DNA from: an uncultured Gemmatimonadales bacterium
GTDB lineage: Bacteria > Gemmatimonadota > Gemmatimonadetes > Longimicrobiales > RSA9
Assembly: GCA_963798845.1 (NCBI GenBank)
Contig: CAWCUS010000006.1
Coordinates: 704,001 to 768,000 of the forward strand
Reading direction: 5' to 3'
Length of the DNA: 64,000 nucleotides
In this document: in pieces, positions 1 to 8,614 of the stretch
Layout: each line of letters starts with the position of its first letter
How positions within the stretch are numbered: the stretch's first letter is position 1
The notes under the pieces: generated by a model
The model's database searches: none
The model's input: only the letters and a program-made list of their open reading frames with translations
Told to the model about the DNA's origin: nothing
Program-made: the position numbers and the translations under genes

Positions 1-578
1 CAGATCAGCGATCCCATGAGCACGTGAAGCCCGCCCAGTCCCACCGCCAGGAGCACGTCCCCATCCACCGGCGCAAGCAGCGCCGCTCCCCCAACAGCGA
101 TGAACGCCGCTCCCACCAGCGGCACCACCCGAACACTGTACGCACCGCCGGTCATCACGCCGGCGCCGTACAGCGCCAGCCACATCCCGGGGATCAGCGA
201 CATGTCACCGTCCAGGAACGCAGCGGCGGTCAGGACCGCACCCGCCGCCATCGGCGGCGCGAACGCCAGAAGCAGCTTCCGCACCGTGTACGAACGGAGG
301 GCGACGCCCTGCGCCCGCGCCTTCCGGGCCGTCATCCCCACCGAGATCAGGCCGGCCACCACCAGCTCGACCATCCACACGCCGAGCCACCGAACCGGCG
401 TGGGCTGCACGGCCGCCACCACCGCCGCCATCATCGCCGTCACGCCCACGAGAACGAAGCCGGAGCCCGACAAGGCCGTGAATGCCGTGGCCCGCTCCAT
501 CGTCTCGCGGATGAAGCGGAGGTTGTCGGCGGCGCGCTCGTGGAGCGCGATGTTCGGCGATGGCTCGGGTGTGCTCAT
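1..578 (-). CDS. Conserved multi-pass membrane protein (partial, 3' end runs off the window)
   Basis: Not in the ORF track. Manual translation from ATG 578 gives MSTPEPSPNIALHERAADNLRFIRETMERATAFTALSGSGFVLVGV...WLALYGAGVMTGGAYS...LHVLMGSLI, open to base 1, with several hydrophobic segments. Confidence 0.8.
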   Translation of the reverse strand, partial: MSTPEPSPNIALHERAADNLRFIRETMERATAFTALSGSGFVLVGVTAMMAAVVAAVQPTPVRWLGVWMVELVVAGLISVGMTARKARAQGVALRSYTVRKLLLAFAPPMAAGAVLTAAAFLDGDMSLIPGMWLALYGAGVMTGGAYSVRVVPLVGAAFIAVGGAALLAPVDGDVLLAVGLGGLHVLMGSLI

Positions 579-631
579 GGAAGGAGGATGGCGCTGCGGC
601 GGTCTTGCGTCAAGTACTTTGTCCCGCAAAG
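579..631 (-). promoter_or_regulatory. Probable leaderless sigma70 promoter with an upstream palindromic operator
   Basis: Minus strand TTGACG (613-608), 17 nt, CATCCT (590-585), 6 nt, ATG 578, no Shine-Dalgarno; CTTTG-N5-CAAAG palindrome at 617-631. Confidence 0.5.
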
Positions 632-781
632 ATGCTCGCCCCCTGCAGGGCCGTCTGGCGGGGTGTGCGTTCGCTGTTGACGGGTATGGTGATTGCTACA
701 GTGTGATGTGCCGTCGGGATCGGGAGTCATCGTCGGCAATTCAGGATTCACAACTGCAGATGCCGCACCAGAGGAGGTCAG

Positions 782-1273
782 ATGGGAGTCAACAACCTGC
801 AGGATCTGTTCGTCCACGAGCTGAGGGACCTGCACGACGCGGAGAACCAGATCCTCGAAGCGCTGCCGAAGATGGCGGAGAAGTCGCAGCATGAGGATCT
901 CAGGAGTGCGTTCGAGGAACATCATCGTCAGACGGAGGAGCACGTACGGCGGCTGGAGCGGATCTTCGACGACATCGGCGAGAAGCCGGGCGGGGTGAAG
1001 TGCAAGGGGATCCGCGGGATCATTGAGGAAGGCGAAAAGGGGATGAAGGAGGCCGAGGAGGGGGATGTGCGGGACGCGGCAATGATCGCGGCGGCGCAGC
1101 GTGTGGAACACTACGAGATGGCGGCGTACGGGAGCGCGCGCACGTTCGCGCGTCGGCTGGGGAACGGCCGGGCCGCGGACCTGCTGCAGCGGACGCTGAA
1201 CGAGGAAGGTGAGACGGACCACAAGCTGTCGCGGATCGCGGAGAGCCACGTGAACGAAGAAGCCGAGTCGTAG
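782..1273 (+). CDS. yciF: Ferritin-like DUF892 (YciE/YciF family) stress protein
   Basis: LQDLFVHELRDLHDAENQI, HVRRLERIF, AQRVEHYEMAAYG, TLNEEGETDHKL motifs; GAGGAGG RBS. Confidence 0.9.
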   Translation: MGVNNLQDLFVHELRDLHDAENQILEALPKMAEKSQHEDLRSAFEEHHRQTEEHVRRLERIFDDIGEKPGGVKCKGIRGIIEEGEKGMKEAEEGDVRDAAMIAAAQRVEHYEMAAYGSARTFARRLGNGRAADLLQRTLNEEGETDHKLSRIAESHVNEEAES

Positions 1274-1329
1274 CACGCGGCGATGGGGAGCGGCGAGATA
1301 AGGGGGGTCGCTCCCGGTCTGGCACGGAC

Positions 1330-1362
1330 ATGGCCCGGGCGAGTCGCTGCTCCCCGGGCCAT
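1330..1362. terminator. Hairpin between convergent genes (possible terminator)
   Basis: ATGGCCCGGG (1330-1339) pairs with CCCGGGCCAT (1353-1362); no strong U-tract. Confidence 0.35.
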
Positions 1363-1429
1363 TCTCCGTGTGGAACTCTTCGTTTACCTGGTGGCCTCCG
1401 GTGATCCGTAGCCTCACACCCTCACGGGA

Positions 1430-3514
1430 TCAGCCGGCCACCTTCGTCTCGTCCTTCTTCCCGGCGTCCGGGCGCTCGGGCGCATTCCAGTCCGGGTTGC
1501 CGCGGACGTAGTGCTCGAACCAGCGCAGCTCCTCGACCATGCGGGTGCGCTGGTGGCGGGGCTCGCGGAAGCCGTGGGGCTCGCGCGGGAAGAGGATGAG
1601 GCGGTTGGGGACGTCGAAGGTGGACAGGGCGGCGTGGAAGTCCATGGACTGTCCGGGCGTGTCGGTGGTGTCCTCCTCGCCGTGGAACAGGATGGTGGGC
1701 GTGTGGACCTGGTCGGCGTGGTAGAAGGCGCTGCGGGCGAGCCAGAACGCCTGGTTCGACCACGGGTCGCCACCGAGGTACCAGCGGGTCACGTCGTAGT
1801 TGAAGCCGACGCCGTACTCGCCCGGCCAGTCGGCGACCATGGCTCCGAGGGAGGCTGCCTTGAAGCGGTCCGTTCGGGTGATGGTCCAGCCGCCGAGGAT
1901 GCCGCCGTAGCTCCACCCTTTCACCGCCATCGAATCGGGGTCGGCCACGCCGCGCTCGATCATGGCGTCCACGCCGGACATGAGGTCCTGATAGTCACCG
2001 CCGCCGATGTCCTTGCTGTTGCCGGCGAGGAGCGCGTCGCCGTAGCCGGTGGAGCCGCGGACGTTCGGCTCGAGCACGGCGTAGCCGTGGGCCGCGAGCA
2101 GCTGGGCGTCGGGGTCGAATCCGAGGGTGTAGCCGCCGGCCGGCCCGCCATGGATATGGAGGACGAAGGCGCCCGGTGCCGAGCGCTGCCCTGCGGCAGG
2201 GTAGAGGATCCCCTCGATCGGGAGGCCGTCGGTGCTGGTCCAGCGCACGACCTCCGGGCTGGACAGCTCCAGGGCGCGGATGTCGGCGCCGGCGTCGGTG
2301 ATGGCGGTGCGGCTCATTCGGCGGCCGAAGCCGGCCGTGTAGACCTCCGCGGGAGACGCGGGGTCGGTGAAGGTGAAGGCGACGGCGTCGTGATCACGCG
2401 ACCAGCTCGCGCTGCCGACCACGCCGCTCCACTCGCTCATGGGCCGGAGCCGGCCGTTGCGCAGGTCGAGGCGGTAGAAGTTGGTGACGGTCCGGTCCGT
2501 GGCGGTGAGGTCGAGGTATCGGCTGTCGGGCGTGAAGCCGCCGACGCGGACGTCGAGGTCGGAGTCGGCGATGAGCTGCCGCACGTCGCCGGAGGCGAGG
2601 TCCATGAGATAGAGGTTGCCCTGATCGAGCGCCCACGTCTCGAGGGACGGAGCGACGAAGAGGAGCGAGTTTCCGTCCGGGGTCCAGAGGAGCCCTGACT
2701 CCGGGGCCTCGTTGTGCGTGAGCTGGCGGACCTCGCCCCCGTCGATGCCGACCAGGGCGATCTCCGCGCGGAACTCGTCGTTGCGCCGGTCTTCGGTGCG
2801 GAACGTGAACGCCACCTGGCGCCCGTCCGGTGCCACGGCGAAGTCGGCGATCATGCGCTCGCCCGTGGTGATGGGCCGGGCATCGGCGTCATCGAAGTCG
2901 GCGGGGACCCACCAGAGGTTCGACCAGCTGCCGCGCTCCTGCCCGTTCGGACCCTCGTCCACGAAGAGCTCGTCGTACCCCTTCTTTCTCGCCTCCTTCA
3001 CCTTCTTCGGAACGCTGTCGCTGGCGACGAAGACCAGCCGCCTGGAGTCCCCGGTCCAGCGGAAGGAGCGGATTCCGCTGGCGTGGTGCGTGAGCTGGCG
3101 AGCTTCGCCGCCGTCGGTCCGGATGAGCCAGATCTGGCGGCCGGATGCGTCGCCCTCTTCGTCCTCGTCGTCCCCATCGTCGGCGCGGGCGAACGCGATC
3201 CAGCGCCCATCGGGGGACCACTGCGGCGAGCCATCGCCCTCCCGGGCCGTGAACGGGCGGGCGTCGCTGCCATCCGCGTCGGCGATCCAGAGGCGGGAAT
3301 CGCGATCGTTGTCTTCCCAGTTCAGCTCGGTCACCGTGTACAGGACGCGCCGCCCGTCCGGGCTCATCTCCGGGCTGCCCACGCGGGTCATGTCCACGGC
3401 GCGATCGACGGTGAAACGTCCGGGCGCCGGGTCCGGTGAGCCGGTCTGGGCGCTGCCGGGGAGGGCTCCCGCGGCCACGAAGAGCAAGGACAGCATCGGT
3501 GCCGTGATGCGCAT
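1430..3514 (-). CDS. S9 family prolyl oligopeptidase / acylaminoacyl peptidase, secreted
   Basis: Signal peptide MRITAPMLSLLFVAAGALPGSAQ after AGGAG; WD40-like SPDG repeats; HGGP, GWSYGG nucleophile, HGEED and EPHGF triad motifs. Confidence 0.92.
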   Translation of the reverse strand: MRITAPMLSLLFVAAGALPGSAQTGSPDPAPGRFTVDRAVDMTRVGSPEMSPDGRRVLYTVTELNWEDNDRDSRLWIADADGSDARPFTAREGDGSPQWSPDGRWIAFARADDGDDEDEEGDASGRQIWLIRTDGGEARQLTHHASGIRSFRWTGDSRRLVFVASDSVPKKVKEARKKGYDELFVDEGPNGQERGSWSNLWWVPADFDDADARPITTGERMIADFAVAPDGRQVAFTFRTEDRRNDEFRAEIALVGIDGGEVRQLTHNEAPESGLLWTPDGNSLLFVAPSLETWALDQGNLYLMDLASGDVRQLIADSDLDVRVGGFTPDSRYLDLTATDRTVTNFYRLDLRNGRLRPMSEWSGVVGSASWSRDHDAVAFTFTDPASPAEVYTAGFGRRMSRTAITDAGADIRALELSSPEVVRWTSTDGLPIEGILYPAAGQRSAPGAFVLHIHGGPAGGYTLGFDPDAQLLAAHGYAVLEPNVRGSTGYGDALLAGNSKDIGGGDYQDLMSGVDAMIERGVADPDSMAVKGWSYGGILGGWTITRTDRFKAASLGAMVADWPGEYGVGFNYDVTRWYLGGDPWSNQAFWLARSAFYHADQVHTPTILFHGEEDTTDTPGQSMDFHAALSTFDVPNRLILFPREPHGFREPRHQRTRMVEELRWFEHYVRGNPDWNAPERPDAGKKDETKVAG

Positions 3515-3627
3515 CGGCGTCTCCTGAAGCGTGTGATGGCTGGGCTGTGCGTCGGCGTGACCGGTATAATGGCGTGGGAGCGGGGAGCACGCCACGCCAG
3601 GGCGGCCGGAAGCGCAGCGGAGGCACC

Positions 3628-4647
3628 ATGATAGAGACGAACGGTCCGGCACGCCGCACGGGGAGGACGCGTCGACGCGGGGTGACGAGGTGGATCGCCG
3701 CGGTGCTGGTGTTCGTCCTGGTCGGCTGCCAGCCCCCGCTTCCGCCCCCGCCGGCACCGCCCGTGGCCGCCGAAATGGCTGCGGACGTCGGCTACCTGGG
3801 CGACCCGGACAGGGACGGCCGCGTGCTCGGCTCGGAGGGGCGGGACGAAGCCATGCAGTACATCGCTCGGGGATTCCGTCAGGCGGGGCTCGAGCCGGTC
3901 ATCCGCCAGGCCTTCGAGGTGCACGGCCTCCTGACCTCGGGCGAGGGCGCGAACGTGGCGGGGATCGTGCGCGGGACCGATCCATCTCTGGCCGGCCAGT
4001 ACGTCGTGGTCGGCGCCCACTACGACCACATCGGGCGCCTGGCCGTCCTCTCCCGCGACCCCGACCAGACCGGCGTGCGACCCGGTGCCGACGACAATGC
4101 TTCGGGCGCGGCGGCGCTGCTGGAGCTGGCGCGACGCCTGGCCCGGCGACCGACCGCGCGCACGATCGTCTTCGTCGCGTTCGATGCGGAGGAGCTGGGC
4201 CTGCTGGGCTCGGAGCACTTCGTCCGCCACGCGCCGCTCCCCCTGGATTCGGCCGTCGCCATGGTCAACCTGGACATGGTTGGGCGCCTGAGGCGAGGGC
4301 GCCTCACGATCGTTGGCGCCTCCACCCACCCCGGGTGGAGCGGCCTGCTCAAGCGGGCCAACGACCACGTCGGCCTCGAGCTCCGCTTTCGACCGCCCGA
4401 CGACGATTCCGACCACGCCACCTTCAACGACAGCGGGGTCCCGGCCATCCACCTTTTCACCGGCCTCCACGCCGAGTACCACACCGCCGGCGACCGGGTG
4501 GAGCTGCTGAACGAGTACGGCATGCTGCGCGTGGTGGAGCTCGCCGAGCGCGTGCTCCGGGCTGTGGCTGCCTCGGCCGCGTTCGCCCCACGAGGCCGGA
4601 ACGCAGCCCCCGCGTTATCCGGAACCCCCCGTCCCGAAGGCCCTTGA
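3628..4647 (+). CDS. M28 family metallopeptidase, lipoprotein
   Basis: GGAGG RBS; lipobox VLVGC; GAHYDH, GADDNASG, FDAEELGLLGS, NLDMVG, SDH, YHTAGD zinc motifs; TATAAT at 3565-3570. Confidence 0.9.
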   Translation: MIETNGPARRTGRTRRRGVTRWIAAVLVFVLVGCQPPLPPPPAPPVAAEMAADVGYLGDPDRDGRVLGSEGRDEAMQYIARGFRQAGLEPVIRQAFEVHGLLTSGEGANVAGIVRGTDPSLAGQYVVVGAHYDHIGRLAVLSRDPDQTGVRPGADDNASGAAALLELARRLARRPTARTIVFVAFDAEELGLLGSEHFVRHAPLPLDSAVAMVNLDMVGRLRRGRLTIVGASTHPGWSGLLKRANDHVGLELRFRPPDDDSDHATFNDSGVPAIHLFTGLHAEYHTAGDRVELLNEYGMLRVVELAERVLRAVAASAAFAPRGRNAAPALSGTPRPEGP

Positions 4648-4674
4648 CCCTGACGTTGCGTGAGGGGTTACGCT
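4644..4674 (+). promoter_or_regulatory. MerR-type promoter/operator (TipA/Mta-like)
   Basis: TTGACC (4644-4649), 19-bp spacer, TACGCT (4669-4674); dyad CCCTgACG-TTG-CGTgAGGG across the spacer; directly upstream of a MerR gene. Confidence 0.85.
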
Positions 4675-4715
4675 CCAGTGCGCAGGCGGGATCCGGCCCC
4701 AGAACAGGAGCATCG

Positions 4716-5501
4716 GTGGTGAAACAATGGCGGGTGGGGGAGGTGGCTGAGCTGGCGCACGTGACAGTGCGGACGCTCCATCACTATGACGAGCTGGGGC
4801 TGCTCCGTCCGTCGGGGCGCTCGGAGTCGGGATACCGGCTGTATGCCCGCGAAGACCTGGACCGGTTGTACCGCGTGCTGCTGTACCGGGAGCTCGGGTT
4901 CACGCTGGAGGCGATCGGGAAGGTGCTGGACAGCCCGGTGGCGGATCGGCGTGCGGCGATGTCGGCACAGCGGGCGCTGCTGGAGGAGAAGGCAAAGCGT
5001 CTGAGGGGAGTGATCCGGGCGGTGGACCGGACGCTGGAAGCCATGGACCGGGGGAAGAGGCTGGAGGAGGAAGCGATGTTCGAGGGATTCGAGAGTTTGG
5101 ATGCGCCGGACGAGGTGAAGGCGGAGCAGGCGAAGCACGGGGCGGAGGCACGGGAGAGGTGGGGCGAGACGGAAGCGTACCGGGAGTCGATGCGTCGGTC
5201 GCGGCGGTACACGAAGGCGGACTGGGAGAAGCTGAGGGCGGAGTCCGATGCCATCGAGGCGGAGCTGGCCTCGCTTCTGGCGGCGGGGGAGGCGCCGACG
5301 GGGAGCGCGGCGACGGAGGTGGCGGAGCGGGCGCGCCAGCACATCGACCGCTGGTTCTACCCGTGCAGCCGGGAAATGCACGCGGCGCTGGCGGGGATGT
5401 ACGAATCGGACCCGCGTTTCGCGGCGCACTACGAGGAGCGTGCGGAAGGGCTGAGCGCGTTCGTGGCGGCCGCGATCCGGGCGAACGCGGAGCCGCGGTA
5501 G
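4716..5501 (+). CDS. MerR family regulator with TipAS antibiotic-recognition domain (TipA/Mta-like)
   Basis: VGEVAELAHVTVRTLHHYDELGLLRPS...SGYRLY HTH; C-terminal EARERWGETEAYRES...WFYPCS...LAGMYESDPRFAAHYE; AGGAG RBS then GTG. Confidence 0.9.
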   Translation: MVKQWRVGEVAELAHVTVRTLHHYDELGLLRPSGRSESGYRLYAREDLDRLYRVLLYRELGFTLEAIGKVLDSPVADRRAAMSAQRALLEEKAKRLRGVIRAVDRTLEAMDRGKRLEEEAMFEGFESLDAPDEVKAEQAKHGAEARERWGETEAYRESMRRSRRYTKADWEKLRAESDAIEAELASLLAAGEAPTGSAATEVAERARQHIDRWFYPCSREMHAALAGMYESDPRFAAHYEERAEGLSAFVAAAIRANAEPR

Positions 5502-5503
5502 GC

Positions 5504-5543
5504 GGCAGCGCGGAACCGGCATACGGGGCAGCGCGGAACCGGC
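5504..5543. repeat. 17-bp direct repeat, two copies, 23-bp period
   Basis: GGCAGCGCGGAACCGGC at 5504-5520 and 5527-5543. Confidence 0.8.
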
Positions 5544-5647
5544 GGGTGGCGCCGCCGGTACACGGTGCGAGGAGCGGACCGCGCGTCCGGCCGTCGTCAT
5601 GGTGGCGGCGCAGCCGGGCTCGCGGACGCACGCGGAGGAGCTGGGCG

Positions 5648-6394
5648 ATGAACGGGAACCGGTGGGTGGTGGCGGCGCTGTTGCTGGCGGCGGCGCTGGT
5701 GCTGGCGGTGGGGATCGGATTTGGCGGGTGGGCGGCAGGGCACGGTGTTCTGGAGTCGAGGCGGGACCGGTACGTCACGGTGAAGGGCCTCGCGGAGCGG
5801 GACGTGTCGGCCGACCTGGCGCTGTGGCCGTTCCAGGTCGTGGCGGCGAGCGACGATCTCGGACAGGCGCAGTCACAGGTGCAGCGGAGCATGCGGGCGG
5901 TGCTGTCCTTCCTGTCGAGGAGCGGAATCGACACCACGGGCGTGGAGCTGCAGGGGCTGGAGGTCACGGACCGGCTGGCCGTGCCGTATGGGGACCCGAA
6001 CCAGCGGGGAATGCGGTACACGATTCAGCAGCTGATGGTCGTGCGCTCCGAGGATGTGGAAGCGGTGCAAGCGGCGAGTCAGCGGGTGGGCGAGCTCGTG
6101 GATGCGGGCGTGTTGCTCCGGAGCGGAACCGGGTGGGGTCCGGTGAAGCCGACGTTCCTGTTCACTCGCCTGAACGAGCTCAAGCCGGGAATGATCGCCG
6201 AGGCCACGGCCAGCGCGCGGGAGGCGGCGGCGCAATTCGCGAAGGACTCGGGCAGCGGTGTGGGCGGAATCCGCACCGCGAGCCAGGGCGTGTTCCAGAT
6301 CCTGCCCCGGGACCAGGCGCCCGGGATCAACGAGTCTGACCAGCGCAACAAGACCGTTCGCGTGGTGTCCACGGTCGAGTACTACCTGGAATAG
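5648..6394 (+). CDS. SIMPL domain (DUF541) protein
   Basis: N-terminal TM; RYVTVKGLAERDVSADLALW, LNELKPGMIAEAT, GGIRTASQGVFQI, KTVRVVSTVEYYL; GGAGGAG RBS. Confidence 0.88.
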   Translation: MNGNRWVVAALLLAAALVLAVGIGFGGWAAGHGVLESRRDRYVTVKGLAERDVSADLALWPFQVVAASDDLGQAQSQVQRSMRAVLSFLSRSGIDTTGVELQGLEVTDRLAVPYGDPNQRGMRYTIQQLMVVRSEDVEAVQAASQRVGELVDAGVLLRSGTGWGPVKPTFLFTRLNELKPGMIAEATASAREAAAQFAKDSGSGVGGIRTASQGVFQILPRDQAPGINESDQRNKTVRVVSTVEYYLE

Positions 6395-6518
6395 GTTCCG
6401 GGATCGGACGAGGAGGGGGGCGGGCAAGCGGCCGCGCGGCCGCTTGCCCGCTTGGCATCCCGCCCGCTACGCCCTACCATCCGCTGAGAAGGCTCCCTCT
6501 TCAAGGTGGACGGACTGC

Positions 6519-7136
6519 ATGAGGCTCTCTCCCCCGGCCGCCGCGCGCGCGGCCATGATCGCCCTGGCGCTGCCCGCCGCGGCGGCGCTCTTCGCGTGCA
6601 GCGGTTCCGAGCGGTCGCAGGAGAGCACGGACCCCACACAGCGCGTCGCGCGCAACTACGCGGATTCACTGGGGGTGGACCTGTCCGCCATGCAGCACCG
6701 CCCGAGCGGGCTGTACGTGCAGGACGTGAAGGTAGGCGAAGGCGCGCGGGCGGACTCGGGCGACATCGTGACCGTGCAGTACACCGGATGGCTGCCATCC
6801 GGGAAGAAGTTCGACTCGAGCCGCGATCGGGATCGCCCGTTCGAGTTCGCCCTGGGGTACGGCCAGGTGATCAGCGGGTGGGACCAGGGCGTGGCGGGGA
6901 TGCGGATCGGCGGCGAACGTCGCCTTGTCATCCCCCCGGCCCTGGGCTACGGCACACGTCCGGCCGGCAACGGCGTGATCCCGGCCATGTCCACGCTGGT
7001 GTTCGACGTGGAGCTGCTTGGCGTGCAGAACCGCACGCCGGAGAAGGGCGACAGCGCCGGGGCGACGGGCGACGCCGGCACTCCTGGCGAAGCCGGCGCG
7101 TCGGCGGGGCCCGGGGCCGCGGCGGGCGCCCGGTGA
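6519..7136 (+). CDS. FKBP-type peptidyl-prolyl cis-trans isomerase, lipoprotein
   Basis: Lipobox LFAC; VQYTGWL, KFDSSRDR, VISGWDQGV, IPPALGYG, LVFDVELL. Confidence 0.92.
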   Translation: MRLSPPAAARAAMIALALPAAAALFACSGSERSQESTDPTQRVARNYADSLGVDLSAMQHRPSGLYVQDVKVGEGARADSGDIVTVQYTGWLPSGKKFDSSRDRDRPFEFALGYGQVISGWDQGVAGMRIGGERRLVIPPALGYGTRPAGNGVIPAMSTLVFDVELLGVQNRTPEKGDSAGATGDAGTPGEAGASAGPGAAAGAR

Positions 7137-8152
7137 AGGCGGTCCGCTACCACGGGCCGGGGCAGCCGTTCCGGCTGGAGGACGTGTCGCGTCCGGAGCC
7201 AGGCGAGTCGGAGGTCCGGGTCCGGATAGAAGCGGCCGGGGTGTGCCACACGGAGCTGCACTTCGAGACCGGTCTGCTGAACCTCGGGGTGGCCCCGCTG
7301 ACCATGGGCCACGAGATCGCGGGCGTGATCGAAGCGACGGGCCCCGGGGTTACGGACCGTGCCGTGGGGGACCGGGTGCTGGTCTACTACTACGCGGGGT
7401 GCGGCGAGTGCGAGTGGTGCCGGCGCGGCGACGAGAACCTGTGCGGTCAGCTGCGGGCGGAGTACGGCTTCTTCAACGACGGCGGGTACGCGGAGGCGGT
7501 CGTGGTGCCGGCCAGGAACGCCGTGAAATTGCCCGATTGGCTGTCGCTGGACGACGCGGCACCGATCGGCTGCGGCGTGACCACGGCCATCCACGCGTGC
7601 AACCTCGCCGAAGTGGGTGGCGGTGATGTGGTGGCGGTCTACGGGGTGGGGGCCGTGGGCTACGGCCTGGTGCAGGTGGCGAAGCAGCGAGGCGCCACGG
7701 TCATCGGGATCGGACGCACGCCCGCGAAGCTGGACCGGGCGGTGTCGCTGGGCGCGGACCACGTCGTCAACGCGGCGGAGACGGAAGACGTCGCGGCGGC
7801 GGTGCGGGAGCTGACGGGCGGCCGGGGCGCGGACGTCGTCTTCGAGCTGGTGGCGACGAACGAGACGATGCCGGCGGCGCTGGGCATGCTGGCGAAGCGG
7901 GGCGCCCTCGTCTTCATCGGCTACTCGTTCGACCGGCTGGAGACGCACCCGATCGGACTGGTGATCGGCGAAACACGCGTGATGGGGAGCGTGGGCAATA
8001 CTCTGGCGGAGCTGGAGGAGGCGGTGAGGCTCGTGGCCGAGGGGAAAGTTAGAACGCTGGTGGACCGCACGCTTCCGCTGTACCGCTTCCAGGAGGCCCT
8101 CGATGCCGTGCGTGCGAGAGAGGTCCTGGGCAGGATCGTGCTGAAGCCATGA
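7133..8152 (+). CDS. Zinc-dependent medium-chain alcohol dehydrogenase
   Basis: GVCHTE, GHEIAG, CGECEWC...NLC zinc sites, GVGAVG Rossmann motif; GTG overlaps the upstream stop. Confidence 0.92.
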   Translation: MKAVRYHGPGQPFRLEDVSRPEPGESEVRVRIEAAGVCHTELHFETGLLNLGVAPLTMGHEIAGVIEATGPGVTDRAVGDRVLVYYYAGCGECEWCRRGDENLCGQLRAEYGFFNDGGYAEAVVVPARNAVKLPDWLSLDDAAPIGCGVTTAIHACNLAEVGGGDVVAVYGVGAVGYGLVQVAKQRGATVIGIGRTPAKLDRAVSLGADHVVNAAETEDVAAAVRELTGGRGADVVFELVATNETMPAALGMLAKRGALVFIGYSFDRLETHPIGLVIGETRVMGSVGNTLAELEEAVRLVAEGKVRTLVDRTLPLYRFQEALDAVRAREVLGRIVLKP

Positions 8153-8592
8153 GCGACCCGGCGGACGAGTCCCGCGGCGCCGGTGAAGAGCGTCCCGGAC
8201 GCCTGGAATGGCAGGGTGACCTTGCCCCCGGGCAGGAGCCACGGCTGCCCCCGGAAGCGGGCGAGGCCGGCGGGGCGCGGGGCGCTGAAGAGGCGGCACC
8301 GGCGCCGTCGCCCGAAGCGGCTGCGGACCGGGCAGCGCTCGACGCGTTCATGCTGGCGCTGCGGGTGATGCTTCACACGTTCGCCATCGAGGGGCCCGGG
8401 ACGGAATACGAGAAGCCGTGGGCGCTGCTCCGGCAGATCGCGGAGGGGGAGCTCACGCTCATGAGCCCGGCGGAGGTGGGCGCCAGGCATCCCGGCCTGC
8501 GCGACTTCGTGTACGAGTACGCCAACCAGCTCGTGCAGCACGATCGCGAGGTGGCGAACCGTGTCCTCCGCGGGCTGGGGAAGGCGCTTTAG
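8149..8592 (+). CDS. Hypothetical protein
   Basis: ATGA overlap with the ADH gene; low-complexity N-terminus followed by a helical-looking C-terminal domain. Confidence 0.65.
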   Translation: MSDPADESRGAGEERPGRLEWQGDLAPGQEPRLPPEAGEAGGARGAEEAAPAPSPEAAADRAALDAFMLALRVMLHTFAIEGPGTEYEKPWALLRQIAEGELTLMSPAEVGARHPGLRDFVYEYANQLVQHDREVANRVLRGLGKAL

Positions 8593-8614
8593 GCAGCCGG
8601 GAAAGGAGGCGGCC

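Noticed and set aside
24..894. Plus-strand ORFs 24..680 and 100..894
   Set aside because: Shadows of the minus-strand membrane protein starting at 578.
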